NCBI RefSeq assembly: GCF_000018785.1
Contig: NC_010163.1
Coordinates: forward strand, 780,001-812,000
Origin: Acholeplasma laidlawii PG-8A
GTDB taxonomy: Bacteria > Bacillota_I > Bacilli_A > Acholeplasmatales > Acholeplasmataceae
Length of the DNA: 32,000 nt
Reading direction: 5' to 3'
Position numbers and translations under genes: made by a program
The notes under the pieces: model-generated
What the model saw: only the letters and a program-made list of their open reading frames with translations
Told to the model about the DNA's origin: nothing
Databases searched by the model: none
Part shown: positions 1 to 8,449 of the stretch, in pieces
Layout: the number at the start of each line of letters is the position of its first letter
Numbering within the stretch: the stretch's first letter is position 1

Positions 1-2
1 CA

Positions 3-662
3 TTACCAAGTTATGACGATATCTTCCCAATCTTTGAAAAATACGCAAAAGCAAATCAACCATTTATATTCTTCTCATTTTCTAAAGCACTGTCTGGTAC
101 ATTTAACTTTGCAAATTTATTAATCAAAGATCTAAAAGATACCTACAACACACAAATGAGCGTTGTAGACTTTAAAAATGGTGGTCTTGCAAGTGCAGTA
201 ATGATGGAAGAAATTGTAGCTTTCATGGAAACTAATAATAACATTGATGATGTAGTTAAGTTTAGTGAGCATTTAGTCAATCGCATGCATCACGCAGTGA
301 TGCTTGAAGACTTATCTCAATTAAGAAAAGGTGGCAGAATCTCTGCTGTCAAATCCATCATATCAAGCGCATTATCAATTAAACCTATCTTAGAACTTGT
401 TGATGGACATATTGCATCCTATAAAAACGCAATCGGTTCTAAACGTGCACTAAATGATCTCATGCATTATGTAACTTCAAAAGCACCAGACAAAGAAACT
501 AAAATCGGTGTACTTTATTCAGCAAATGAGGATTTATTAAATCAGATGCTAACAAGACTTGATAAGCATGGTTATAAAAACATTGTTGTTGGTAGAATCG
601 CAAGTGTAATGACAGCACATATTGGCTTAGACGCTGTATCAGTTTGTTTCTTAAGTAATTAA
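3..662 (+). CDS. DegV family protein (fatty-acid-binding family), 5' end truncated by window edge
   Basis: The listed ORF starts at 156, but the same frame is open from base 3 (LPSYDDIFPIFEKYAKANQPFIFFSFSKALSGTFNFANLLIKDL...). It contains a DegV-like S-x-x-LSGT segment and 'VDFKNGGLASAVMMEEI', so 156 is an internal Met. Confidence 0.85.
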   Translation, partial: LPSYDDIFPIFEKYAKANQPFIFFSFSKALSGTFNFANLLIKDLKDTYNTQMSVVDFKNGGLASAVMMEEIVAFMETNNNIDDVVKFSEHLVNRMHHAVMLEDLSQLRKGGRISAVKSIISSALSIKPILELVDGHIASYKNAIGSKRALNDLMHYVTSKAPDKETKIGVLYSANEDLLNQMLTRLDKHGYKNIVVGRIASVMTAHIGLDAVSVCFLSN

Positions 663-665
663 TTT

Positions 666-703
666 AAAACACTTCAAACCTAAATCAATGTTTGAAGTGT
701 TTT
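666..703 (+). terminator. Rho-independent terminator downstream of degV-like gene
   Basis: AAAACACTTCAAAC-ctaaatcaat-GTTTGAAGTGTTTT, a 14-bp stem followed by a T-run. Confidence 0.9.
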
Positions 704-815
704 TTTTTTATTCATATTATATGTTTTTTAATTGAATTCTCCCATAGAATATTAGAATTAATGTATAATATGTATATATTAAGTATTTTTGCACGAAATT
801 AGAGGGTAAGTACAT

Positions 816-2651
816 ATGACACATACAAATGATTCTGATTATATGAGTCTTCATCAACCTTTAGATAGTTATAAAGCTATTTATAAGGATTTACACAACA
901 AACATGTTAACGATAAGTTAGATAGTTTGGTCTTAGAATCAAAAATTGATATCCAAGCAAACAAATCGACTGTTAAAGACATAAGACTCAATGAAAAAAA
1001 TAGAGATAATTTAGCAAAAACAATCCGCAATAATCGAAGTTTACGTTCTTTTTTAATTTTCTTAATTGTTGTTTTAGTAGGTGTAATTATTTATGCTATC
1101 TATCAGCTGACATTAGCACCGAACACTTTAAGTTATATACTTATACCAACTTCTATTCTGTTATCCATACTATTTATATTTTTGATATCTAAAAAGATTA
1201 ATCCTAAAATTAGAATACTTGTTAAAGATAAAGAAGCTATCATTAAAAAACTAGAAGGACTCTTTAAGGAAGCTTGGACACAAATGCAACCATTAAATGA
1301 CTTATTTTATGAGGGTATGAGTCAAGAATTATTCCAAAAGACAGTACCGTTAATTAAGATGGATCAAATGTTTGATTCTAAGCGTTTAGATTATTTAGTC
1401 AATAAATTCGGCCTTGATGATCTTAATGTTTTAGATAGGTCAACACTTTATGTTCAATCTGGTGAAATTAAGGGTAATCCATTTTATATCGCAGAAGATT
1501 TAGTACATAAAATGGGTACTAAGACGTATTCTGGTTCAATTACAATCACTTATACTTCTACTTCTAGAGTGAATGGTCGTACCGTAACAACCACCCATAC
1601 TCAAGTACTTACTGCATCAGTTAATAAACCTTACCCATTATATACAGAACAATCTTATCTCGTTTATGGAAACGAAGCTGCTCCAGATTTAATGTTTTCT
1701 AGAATAGACTCAGATGCGGAGCATATGAGTGAAAAGCAAATAGATAAACATGTTAATAAGACCATTAAGAAGTTAGAAAAGAAATCTAGAAAAAGCGTTA
1801 ATCAAGGAACCAATTATACGGTATTTGGTAACTCAGAGTTTGAAGTCTTATTTGGTGCAACCAATAGAAATCATGAAGTGCAGTTTAGGTTATTATTTAC
1901 ACCACTTGCACAAACAGAACTCCTAAAACTTATGAAAGAAACAACACTAGGGTTTGGTGATGATTTCGACTTTATCAAACATAAAAAGATAAATATTATC
2001 GTGCCGGAACATCTAGCAACGATTAAACTAGATATGGCGCCTAGCTACTACACAAGTTATGACTTTGAGGATATTAAGAAAAAGTTTGTAGATTATCAAA
2101 ATGCATACTTTAGACACATATACTTTGCTTTTGCACCAGTACTTGCAATTCCTCTTTACCAACAAACAGTTACTCAAGAATATCTCTATAAAGATTTATA
2201 TAGTAGTTATGTCTCCTTCTTCGAACATGAACATGTCGTAAATAGTATGGATATCAATAAATTTAGACATGAAGAATCTGCTACACGTAATATATTAAAG
2301 ACTAAAGTGGTTCGAAGCAGTGATCATAAAGACGTTGTTCAGGTTACTGCATATGGTTATAAGAGTGTACCACGCGTAGATTACGTTTCTAGATTAGGTA
2401 GAGACGGTAGAATGCATGTTATACCAATTCCTTGGAATGAGTATATTCCAGTAGATAGACAAACAAACGTTGAAATCAATGTAACACCTGAAGACAAACC
2501 ATTAACACCTAGACAACGTGTTGAGGAGATGGTTGAACGTCTAAGAACTAATAATATGACACCAAAAGATATGTTTATTATTAAAAATTTCGCTGCTCGT
2601 GTATTAAACCCAGAAAAAAATGATAAAATAAAGACAAATGAAAGGAAATAA
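816..2651 (+). CDS. Membrane-anchored DUF3137-like protein of unknown function, encoded next to LemA
   Basis: 611-aa ORF with two N-terminal TM segments and a large soluble domain. It is immediately followed by a lemA-like gene, a common pairing. Confidence 0.6.
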   Translation: MTHTNDSDYMSLHQPLDSYKAIYKDLHNKHVNDKLDSLVLESKIDIQANKSTVKDIRLNEKNRDNLAKTIRNNRSLRSFLIFLIVVLVGVIIYAIYQLTLAPNTLSYILIPTSILLSILFIFLISKKINPKIRILVKDKEAIIKKLEGLFKEAWTQMQPLNDLFYEGMSQELFQKTVPLIKMDQMFDSKRLDYLVNKFGLDDLNVLDRSTLYVQSGEIKGNPFYIAEDLVHKMGTKTYSGSITITYTSTSRVNGRTVTTTHTQVLTASVNKPYPLYTEQSYLVYGNEAAPDLMFSRIDSDAEHMSEKQIDKHVNKTIKKLEKKSRKSVNQGTNYTVFGNSEFEVLFGATNRNHEVQFRLLFTPLAQTELLKLMKETTLGFGDDFDFIKHKKINIIVPEHLATIKLDMAPSYYTSYDFEDIKKKFVDYQNAYFRHIYFAFAPVLAIPLYQQTVTQEYLYKDLYSSYVSFFEHEHVVNSMDINKFRHEESATRNILKTKVVRSSDHKDVVQVTAYGYKSVPRVDYVSRLGRDGRMHVIPIPWNEYIPVDRQTNVEINVTPEDKPLTPRQRVEEMVERLRTNNMTPKDMFIIKNFAARVLNPEKNDKIKTNERK

Positions 2652-2655
2652 GTCA

Positions 2656-3321
2656 ATGGGAAATGAGTTAAATGAATTAAATGGTCCGGTAAATCCAGAC
2701 GGTCGTGACATCAATGTCATCGAAAAACAGTTACAAGTTAAAGTGGGTGTGGGTTCATTAATATTTGAAATCGCACTATGGGTATTGGGAATTATTCCAG
2801 GGTTGATTTTCTTGTTTATGAAGATTAATGCTAAAAAATATTTCAATCAACTTCAACAACGTATTCAAAGAGATGCATCTCAAATTGATAATTATCTAGA
2901 ACAACGTGTTCAAGTGCTACAAAACGTAGTTGGTATCGTTAAACAATCAGTTGATTTAGATAAAGATGTGATGAAATCTGTTGCAGCACTTCGTTCTGGT
3001 ATTCATCCAAATGAAGAAAATAGAAATGAAATTCAAGGTACAGTGGATAGTGCAATGCGTTCAATTAACGTAGCATTCGAAGCTTATCCTGATTTAAAAG
3101 CTCATAGAGCATTAGCTGATGCTATGCAACAAAACTCATATCTACAAAAAGAGATTACTGCGGCTAGAGAGTTATATAATGACACCGTATTAAGATGGAA
3201 CTCTGATATCTTTGCATGGCCAACAAAAATGATTGTTGCAGCGCGTTCAAATTATACAACACGTATTCCATTCTCTGCTTCTCAAGAAACTAAAGCTCAA
3301 GCAAGATCAACATTCTTCTAA
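2656..3321 (+). CDS. LemA family protein
   Basis: N-terminal TM helix then a coiled LemA-type domain (QLQQRIQRDASQIDNYLEQRVQVLQNVVGIVKQS). An AAAGGAAATAAG RBS favours the ATG at 2656 over 2638. Confidence 0.75.
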   Translation: MGNELNELNGPVNPDGRDINVIEKQLQVKVGVGSLIFEIALWVLGIIPGLIFLFMKINAKKYFNQLQQRIQRDASQIDNYLEQRVQVLQNVVGIVKQSVDLDKDVMKSVAALRSGIHPNEENRNEIQGTVDSAMRSINVAFEAYPDLKAHRALADAMQQNSYLQKEITAARELYNDTVLRWNSDIFAWPTKMIVAARSNYTTRIPFSASQETKAQARSTFF

Positions 3322-3336
3322 TAGTTATTCATTAAA

Positions 3337-3362
3337 AAAACCACATTTCAGGATGTGGTTTT
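3337..3362. terminator. Bidirectional terminator between convergent genes
   Basis: AAAACCACAT-ttcagg-ATGTGGTTTT. Confidence 0.85.
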
Positions 3363-4280
3363 TATATGCTTAACTAACGGATTTACATGGACCATACAGT
3401 GAATTACATCATAGTTTGCTTCAATATAATGGTGAACATCTTCTGCTATCTTGTGTGCAGCTTCAAGTGAAAGTTTATTATCCACTGATATTTCTACGTC
3501 CACATAAAATTGTGACATATGTTTTCTAACCTTTAAGTCATCAACTCTTAATACACCCTGACAAACTAATATACTTTTCTTTATAGACTTAATCGTGTCA
3601 TGATCAGGTGCTTCATCAACTAAAAATGAAATAGCCTCTAAAATCATTTTAAAGCCGGAATAAAATATAAATATAGAAATTAGTATAGATGCGACCGGTT
3701 CAAAATATATAAAACCTACAAGCGCAAATGTAATACTAATTAAACTAATTGTTGTAGAAAAGATATCAAACATGTGGTTTTTACTGTCTCCATATAAGAC
3801 GACAGATTGATATTTTTTAGCTGTTTTATAATTTAGAATAAATAAACCTATTTTGATGACGAGTGAAATCATTGAAGCAATTACAGTTATGAATTCAGGC
3901 TGAGCTATAAGTGTTGGGTTATTGATTGTAGTAATTAGACTTCTTATACTACTGTAACCTAGAATGCTAGCTAATGCCATAATAAATAGACTTAAGAATA
4001 AGTAGAGTATACCTTCAAATTTCTCATGACCATACGGATGATTTTCATCTGGTTCTTTTGCTGTAACTCTAATGACCACAAGTAACATCAAACTTATAAA
4101 GATGTCTACAAAGGAGTTTACCCCGTCACTGAATAAACTTTCTGATGATCCCAAATAACCAAATATTAACTTAATAAGTGTCAACACGATATTACCTACT
4201 AGACTTATAAGTACGACGCGTCTTAAAATATTTATTCTCATATTGTCCTTTGAAAAATACTGCGAGTATGAATTACTCAC
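3348..4280 (-). CDS. Cation diffusion facilitator (CDF/FieF-like) transporter
   Basis: 310 aa with several TM helices. CDF features include SLFSDGVNSFVD and HPYGHEKFEGI, plus a C-terminal cytoplasmic domain. Confidence 0.9.
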   Translation of the reverse strand: MSNSYSQYFSKDNMRINILRRVVLISLVGNIVLTLIKLIFGYLGSSESLFSDGVNSFVDIFISLMLLVVIRVTAKEPDENHPYGHEKFEGILYLFLSLFIMALASILGYSSIRSLITTINNPTLIAQPEFITVIASMISLVIKIGLFILNYKTAKKYQSVVLYGDSKNHMFDIFSTTISLISITFALVGFIYFEPVASILISIFIFYSGFKMILEAISFLVDEAPDHDTIKSIKKSILVCQGVLRVDDLKVRKHMSQFYVDVEISVDNKLSLEAAHKIAEDVHHYIEANYDVIHCMVHVNPLVKHIKTTS

Positions 4281-4336
4281 AGTATGATTATTGATTTAAC
4301 ATATGATATTCTATCACAGATTAAGTTAAATAGTAC

Positions 4337-5272
4337 TTACAAAATATTAAGGGTATCCTTATAACTTTCAACGTCTATAAACATGTTATCAAGGACTTCC
4401 TTGACAGTTTTTACCTCTTTAACTAGACCTGCGATTTGACCTGCCATAAACGATCCATTTTCTACATCGCCTTCCATGACTGCTTTTCTTAAAGAACCTA
4501 AGGTAAGATGCTCTAATTCTTCAAAACTTGCACCTGATTTTTCTAAATCGATGTATTTTACAGCCATTTGGTTTTTAATAACTCTAACAGGAGCTTTTTC
4601 TGAACCAGTAATGATTGTGGATGTATCTGTTGCATCAACTACAAGTTGTTTAAAGTTTTCATGGATTGGACATTCTTTTGTAGCAAGTAATACTGTACCA
4701 ATTTGAACACCTTTTGCACCAAGTGCAAATGCAGCTAAAACACCTCTTTTATCTCCAATACCACCAGCTGCAATTACAGGGATTTTTACTGCATCAACAA
4801 TTTGAGGTACCATTGCCATCGTGGTTAGTTTACCGATGTGTCCACCAGCTTCCATGCCTTCTGCAATAACAGCATCTGCACCTGCTTGTTCAACGCGCAT
4901 CGCTAATTTTGCTGTTGGTATGACAGGTATTACAATCATGCCTGCTTTTTTCCATGCTTCCATGTAAGGAACTGGGTTTCCGGCACCTGTTGTAACTACT
5001 TTAACACCCTCATCAATAAGTAATTGAGCAATGTCTTTTGCATGAGGACTCATTAACATAATATTTACACCAAAAGGCTTATTCGTTAACTGTCTTATTT
5101 TTTGAATTTCTTCTTTAACCCATGCAGCATCGTTTCCGCCTGCACCGATTAATCCTAAACCACCTGCATTAGATACTGCAGCAGCAAGTTTGGCGGTTGC
5201 AATATTTGCCATACCACCTTGTATAACCGGATATTTTGTTCCTAATAATTGATTAATGTTGTTCATGTTCAT
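4337..5272 (-). CDS. fabK: Enoyl-[acyl-carrier-protein] reductase II (FabK; nitronate monooxygenase fold)
   Basis: YPVIQGGMANIA, NKPFGVNIMLMSP, VVTTGAGNPVPYMEAWKKAG, ADAVIAEGMEAGGHIG and PVIAAGGIGD are all FabK-like. A GGAG RBS precedes the start. Confidence 0.85.
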   Translation of the reverse strand: MNMNNINQLLGTKYPVIQGGMANIATAKLAAAVSNAGGLGLIGAGGNDAAWVKEEIQKIRQLTNKPFGVNIMLMSPHAKDIAQLLIDEGVKVVTTGAGNPVPYMEAWKKAGMIVIPVIPTAKLAMRVEQAGADAVIAEGMEAGGHIGKLTTMAMVPQIVDAVKIPVIAAGGIGDKRGVLAAFALGAKGVQIGTVLLATKECPIHENFKQLVVDATDTSTIITGSEKAPVRVIKNQMAVKYIDLEKSGASFEELEHLTLGSLRKAVMEGDVENGSFMAGQIAGLVKEVKTVKEVLDNMFIDVESYKDTLNIL

Positions 5273-5693
5273 TCTCCTTTTTTGGTGGCATCACAACAGC
5301 TTCTCCAATCACAACTTCTTGATCATGTTGATTGGTCGCAATAGTCTTTAGTGTGACTCTGTTTCTTTTTTCATCAATACTTGTTACCTCTACTTTAATA
5401 GATACTGTATCCCCAATAAATACAGGTTTCACGAATTTAGAATCTTGTCTTAAATAAATAGTTCCTAAACCAGGTAAAACAGTACCTAAAACTGTTGAAA
5501 ATAATCCTGCGATAAATCCACCATGCGCTATTCTTTGTTGAAAAATTGAACAGCTCGCATATAGATCATCTAAATGAACTGGATTCATATCTCCAGTAAC
5601 ACCTGCAAATATATGAACATCTGCATCGGTAATCGTTTTGTTTAATAAAGCAAACTGACCAACATACATTTGGTCTATAGTTTTTCCATGCAT
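5253..5693 (-). CDS. MaoC-like (hot-dog) dehydratase / (R)-specific enoyl-CoA hydratase family
   Basis: FAGVTGDMNPVHLD...RIAHGGFIAGLFSTVLGTVLPGLGTIYL. The 3' end overlaps the fabK start by 20 bp. Confidence 0.85.
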   Translation of the reverse strand: MHGKTIDQMYVGQFALLNKTITDADVHIFAGVTGDMNPVHLDDLYASCSIFQQRIAHGGFIAGLFSTVLGTVLPGLGTIYLRQDSKFVKPVFIGDTVSIKVEVTSIDEKRNRVTLKTIATNQHDQEVVIGEAVVMPPKKENEHEQH

Positions 5694-5747
5694 ATTTGTT
5701 TCCTTCTTTCTGTATTAAATTGTAATCTGAATGGTTTTTACACCCTT

Positions 5748-5776
5748 ATATTAAACCTTAAATACCCTATTGTCAA
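5748..5776 (-). promoter_or_regulatory. Sigma-A type promoter for the maoC-like/fabK operon
   Basis: Minus strand TTGACA-(17 nt)-TAATAT. The -35 is at 5771-5776 and the -10 at 5748-5753. Confidence 0.7.
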
Positions 5777-5848
5777 GCAATGTTATAACAATATATGAAT
5801 ATTTATTCATACAACATAATTTTATATATTTAAACACAATTAAAAATA

Positions 5849-5870
5849 AAAAGAGCTCGAAAGCTCTTTT
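5849..5870 (-). terminator. Rho-independent terminator downstream of ZIP transporter gene
   Basis: AAAAGAGCT-CGAA-AGCTCTTTT. Confidence 0.8.
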
Positions 5871-5887
5871 ATAGTTTTTCATGGATA

Positions 5888-6709
5888 TTAGCCAAGTGCT
5901 ACGTCTAGAATCATCATAATTACAAATCCTAGCATAAATCCAAAAACTGCAAAGTGTGTGCCGGATGTCGCATTCTCTTGTGCCTCAGGTATTAATTCTT
6001 CTACAACTACATAAATCATTGCACCTGCAGCAAAAGCTAATGCATATGGAAGTATGACAGTCATTGAAGTCACTAAAATAGCACCTAATACTGCAAACAG
6101 TGGCTCAACTAATGCAGAAGCTTGCCCCCACATAAAAGCCTTTTTTTTACCCATTTTTTCTTGTGAAAGTGGAATAGATACTGCAGCACCTTCTGGAAAA
6201 TTTTGAATACCGATACCTAAGGCAAGTACCATTGCAGCAATTGTGGCTGCTTCTATCGATCCTGTTGTTGCACCAATAGCTCCAAATGCTACACCAATTG
6301 CTAATCCTTCAGGAATATTATGCAAGGTAATTGAAAAGACTAAAAGAATAGATCTTCTCATTTTAGTCGTAATACCCTCTTTTACATTTTTCTTACCAAA
6401 ATGCATATGTGGAATGACTTTATCTGCTGCGAATAAGAATAAGCCCCCTAAACTAAACCCAATAGCTACAACTAACCAAGCAATATTACCTTGTTCTTCT
6501 GCAATTTGAATACCAGGAGCAAGAAGGGACCAAAAACTAGCTGCAACCATCACACCTGCTGCCACACCATACATCATACCTAACACATTTTTACTAATAT
6601 TTTTAAAAAAGAAGACAAGTGCTGCACCAAGGGCTGTAACAAACCAAGTGAAAATACCACCTAGTAATGCCTGCACCCAAAGTTCTAAACTCATGAACCA
6701 TTCAAACAT
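5888..6709 (-). CDS. ZIP family metal (zinc/iron) transporter
   Basis: Multi-TM protein with HNIPEGLAIGVAFG and QNFPEGAAVSIPL. An AAAGAGGTGG RBS supports the start at MFEWF (6709) rather than 6751. Confidence 0.88.
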   Translation of the reverse strand: MFEWFMSLELWVQALLGGIFTWFVTALGAALVFFFKNISKNVLGMMYGVAAGVMVAASFWSLLAPGIQIAEEQGNIAWLVVAIGFSLGGLFLFAADKVIPHMHFGKKNVKEGITTKMRRSILLVFSITLHNIPEGLAIGVAFGAIGATTGSIEAATIAAMVLALGIGIQNFPEGAAVSIPLSQEKMGKKKAFMWGQASALVEPLFAVLGAILVTSMTVILPYALAFAAGAMIYVVVEELIPEAQENATSGTHFAVFGFMLGFVIMMILDVALG

Positions 6710-6765
6710 AATAACCACCTCTTTTGTCATTCTACATTTATATTTTATCATAGTTTTACGTAATT

Positions 6766-6785
6766 TTTAAGCATGTGCTTAAAAT
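6766..6785. promoter_or_regulatory. Palindrome in ZIP-gene promoter region, candidate DtxR/MntR-family operator
   Basis: TTTTAAGCA-TG-TGCTTAAAA with 9-bp perfect arms. It lies upstream of the ZIP gene near a plausible -10 (TAAAAT/TATGAT). Confidence 0.45.
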
Positions 6786-6815
6786 TAATTTAACCAAATG
6801 ATTAATTTAATAAAA

Positions 6816-6833
6816 AAAGAGTTTTCACTCTTT
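6816..6833 (-). terminator. Terminator downstream of DtxR/MntR-like gene
   Basis: AAAGAGT-tttc-ACTCTTT. On the minus strand it lies just past the stop at 6836, partly shared with the ZIP upstream region. Confidence 0.65.
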
Positions 6834-6835
6834 AT

Positions 6836-7489
6836 TTAAAGGACAGTTCCATAAATTTTATCAGTAATAATATCTGTTAAATCCAATTTTTTATCATCAT
6901 ATTGTATGGTATAAAGTTTAGTAAATTCATCATATTTAATAATAGATAATTCTATGCCAAGGTTAATATGATGCTTATCTAAGAATTCTAATAAACGCCT
7001 TTGATCAACTACTCTTTTGACTAGAAATATATCACCAACTTGAGCTTGAGATAAGGAAACTAAAGTATCATATTCTTGGGGTTGTTTCACACCAGGAATT
7101 GGATTTCCATGGGCACATACAACAGGTTGACCTAAAGAATCATATATATGACTCATCAAAACATCAGAGGATGCATGCTCGAGTCTTTCTGCTTCATCAT
7201 GGACTTTAGACCATGGATAATTTAGTTTTTCAACTAGATACTTTTCCCATAAACGGTGATTTCTTACTAACCTAATAGCTTCTTTTAATCCTTTTGGTGT
7301 AAGTTTAACACCCTTATAAGGTATAAAGGTTACTAATTTTTTTGTGGCTAATCTACGTACCATTTCATTCACAGTTTGATCCGTACTTTCCATGATGTAG
7401 GCTATTTCAATATTTTTAACAAGTTCTCTGTTTTGTTCAACAGTCAACTTATAAATATTTTTGATATAATCTTCTTCTGCTCTGTACAT
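6836..7489 (-). CDS. DtxR/MntR family metal-dependent transcriptional regulator
   Basis: MYRAEEDYIKNIYKL, winged HTH, 'RNHRLWEKYLVEKLNYPWSKVHDEAERLEHASSDVL' metal-binding/dimerization region, and a C-terminal FeoA/SH3-like domain. Confidence 0.88.
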   Translation of the reverse strand: MYRAEEDYIKNIYKLTVEQNRELVKNIEIAYIMESTDQTVNEMVRRLATKKLVTFIPYKGVKLTPKGLKEAIRLVRNHRLWEKYLVEKLNYPWSKVHDEAERLEHASSDVLMSHIYDSLGQPVVCAHGNPIPGVKQPQEYDTLVSLSQAQVGDIFLVKRVVDQRRLLEFLDKHHINLGIELSIIKYDEFTKLYTIQYDDKKLDLTDIITDKIYGTVL

Positions 7490-7561
7490 AAATTTTCCTC
7501 ATTTCTTCTATTTACTATGTTGCTATCATACATCTTTTAGTATGTATATGCAACAGATGAA

Positions 7562-8000
7562 CTATTTAAAACTCTTGACTAAATTATCTAAGACATAATC
7601 CCATGCTTTATTAAAGTATTCGTAAGCAAATTCCCATGTTTCACCTTCTAAGTAACCACTATTTGTTAGTCGAAGTAATGTATGGTTATCCATCTCAATA
7701 AATTCTAATAAAACCCTTGTCTGTGCCTCACTTTGTCATTAAGGACTCAAAAGTAGGCGGCACATTCCATGTAAATGATAATGTATGATTTGGTGTAAAG
7801 GATAGGACTTTACAGCCCTCACTACCTCTATGTTTAATACTTTTGTCGGTAGTAAAATATATTTCATATTTTCCACCGGGTTTTATTTCTATGTCATTAT
7901 CCTGACTAAAAAACGTATTAAGACCATCTTTAGTTGTCCATTTAAGATAAACATCTTTAACTTTTGCAGGTATTATTCTTTCTTTAATCAAAGTTTTCAT
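7562..8000 (-). pseudogene. AHSA1/SRPBCC-domain protein gene interrupted by a single frameshift (ORF1 7728-8000; remainder 7562-7729 in another frame)
   Basis: ORF1 ends ...LSFTWNVPPTFESLMTK*. The next frame continues EAQTRVLLEFIEMDNHTLLRLTNSGYLEGETWEFAYEYFNKAWDYVLDNLVKSFK*, a normal AHSA1 C-terminus. Confidence 0.85.
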
Positions 8001-8377
8001 TTTAAAGTATCCTTATCTTCATCTATAAGTTTTTTCAGTGCTTTTTCAACCGGAACAATAGTTAAAGACATGATAACTACCTGAATCATCATCAAAATGA
8101 AACCAACGACTGCTAATGTATCTTCTTTACTATCTGTTAAGTAGATAAAAGGAACTATGGATATCAGTAATAGAATGAGTGATAGTCTACTCCAAATTTT
8201 TCCAATATATACTTGAGCAAAATCCCAAGTCTTTTGATTCATCTTGGATCTTTTTGTTCTATATCCATAATAGTCATTAATCCATTTAGGTGGTTTTTTA
8301 CTAAGTATAATACCAATAATATGCATTAAAATCGGAATAAAGATGCTACTGATCAACATAAAGTAGTAGAAAAACAT
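7997..8377 (-). CDS. SdpI family membrane protein
   Basis: 126 aa with 3-4 TM helices. It contains the SdpI signature 'INDYYGYRTKRSKMNQKTWDFAQVYIGKIW' and overlaps the AHSA1 start by 4 bp. Confidence 0.8.
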   Translation of the reverse strand: MFFYYFMLISSIFIPILMHIIGIILSKKPPKWINDYYGYRTKRSKMNQKTWDFAQVYIGKIWSRLSLILLLISIVPFIYLTDSKEDTLAVVGFILMMIQVVIMSLTIVPVEKALKKLIDEDKDTLK

Positions 8378-8421
8378 TGAATTTTCTCCTTAAGTGACTT
8401 TAGTTATATTCTATCATAAAT

Positions 8422-8447
8422 AAACTGCCATCCTAAAATGGCAGTTT
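8422..8447 (-). terminator. Terminator downstream of cyclophilin gene
   Basis: AAACTGCCAT-cctaaa-ATGGCAGTTT. Confidence 0.8.
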
Positions 8448-8449
8448 AT

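Noticed and set aside
2381-2846. Minus-strand ORFs 2381-2656 and 2604-2846
   Set aside because: They lie antisense within or across the strongly supported 816-2651 and 2656-3321 genes and have no RBS or recognisable domain.
4476-4706. Plus-strand ORF 4476-4706
   Set aside because: Shadow ORF antisense to fabK with no family resemblance.
6243-6509. Plus-strand ORF 6243-6509
   Set aside because: Antisense to the ZIP transporter; low-complexity mirror translation.
7728-7731. Programmed frameshift (prfB-like) at the AHSA1 break
   Set aside because: No CUU-UGA-C type slippery sequence or clear upstream Shine-Dalgarno-like stimulator; indel mutation or sequence error is simpler.
7830-8084. Plus-strand ORF 7830-8084
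   Set aside because: Antisense to AHSA1/SdpI genes; no supporting signal.
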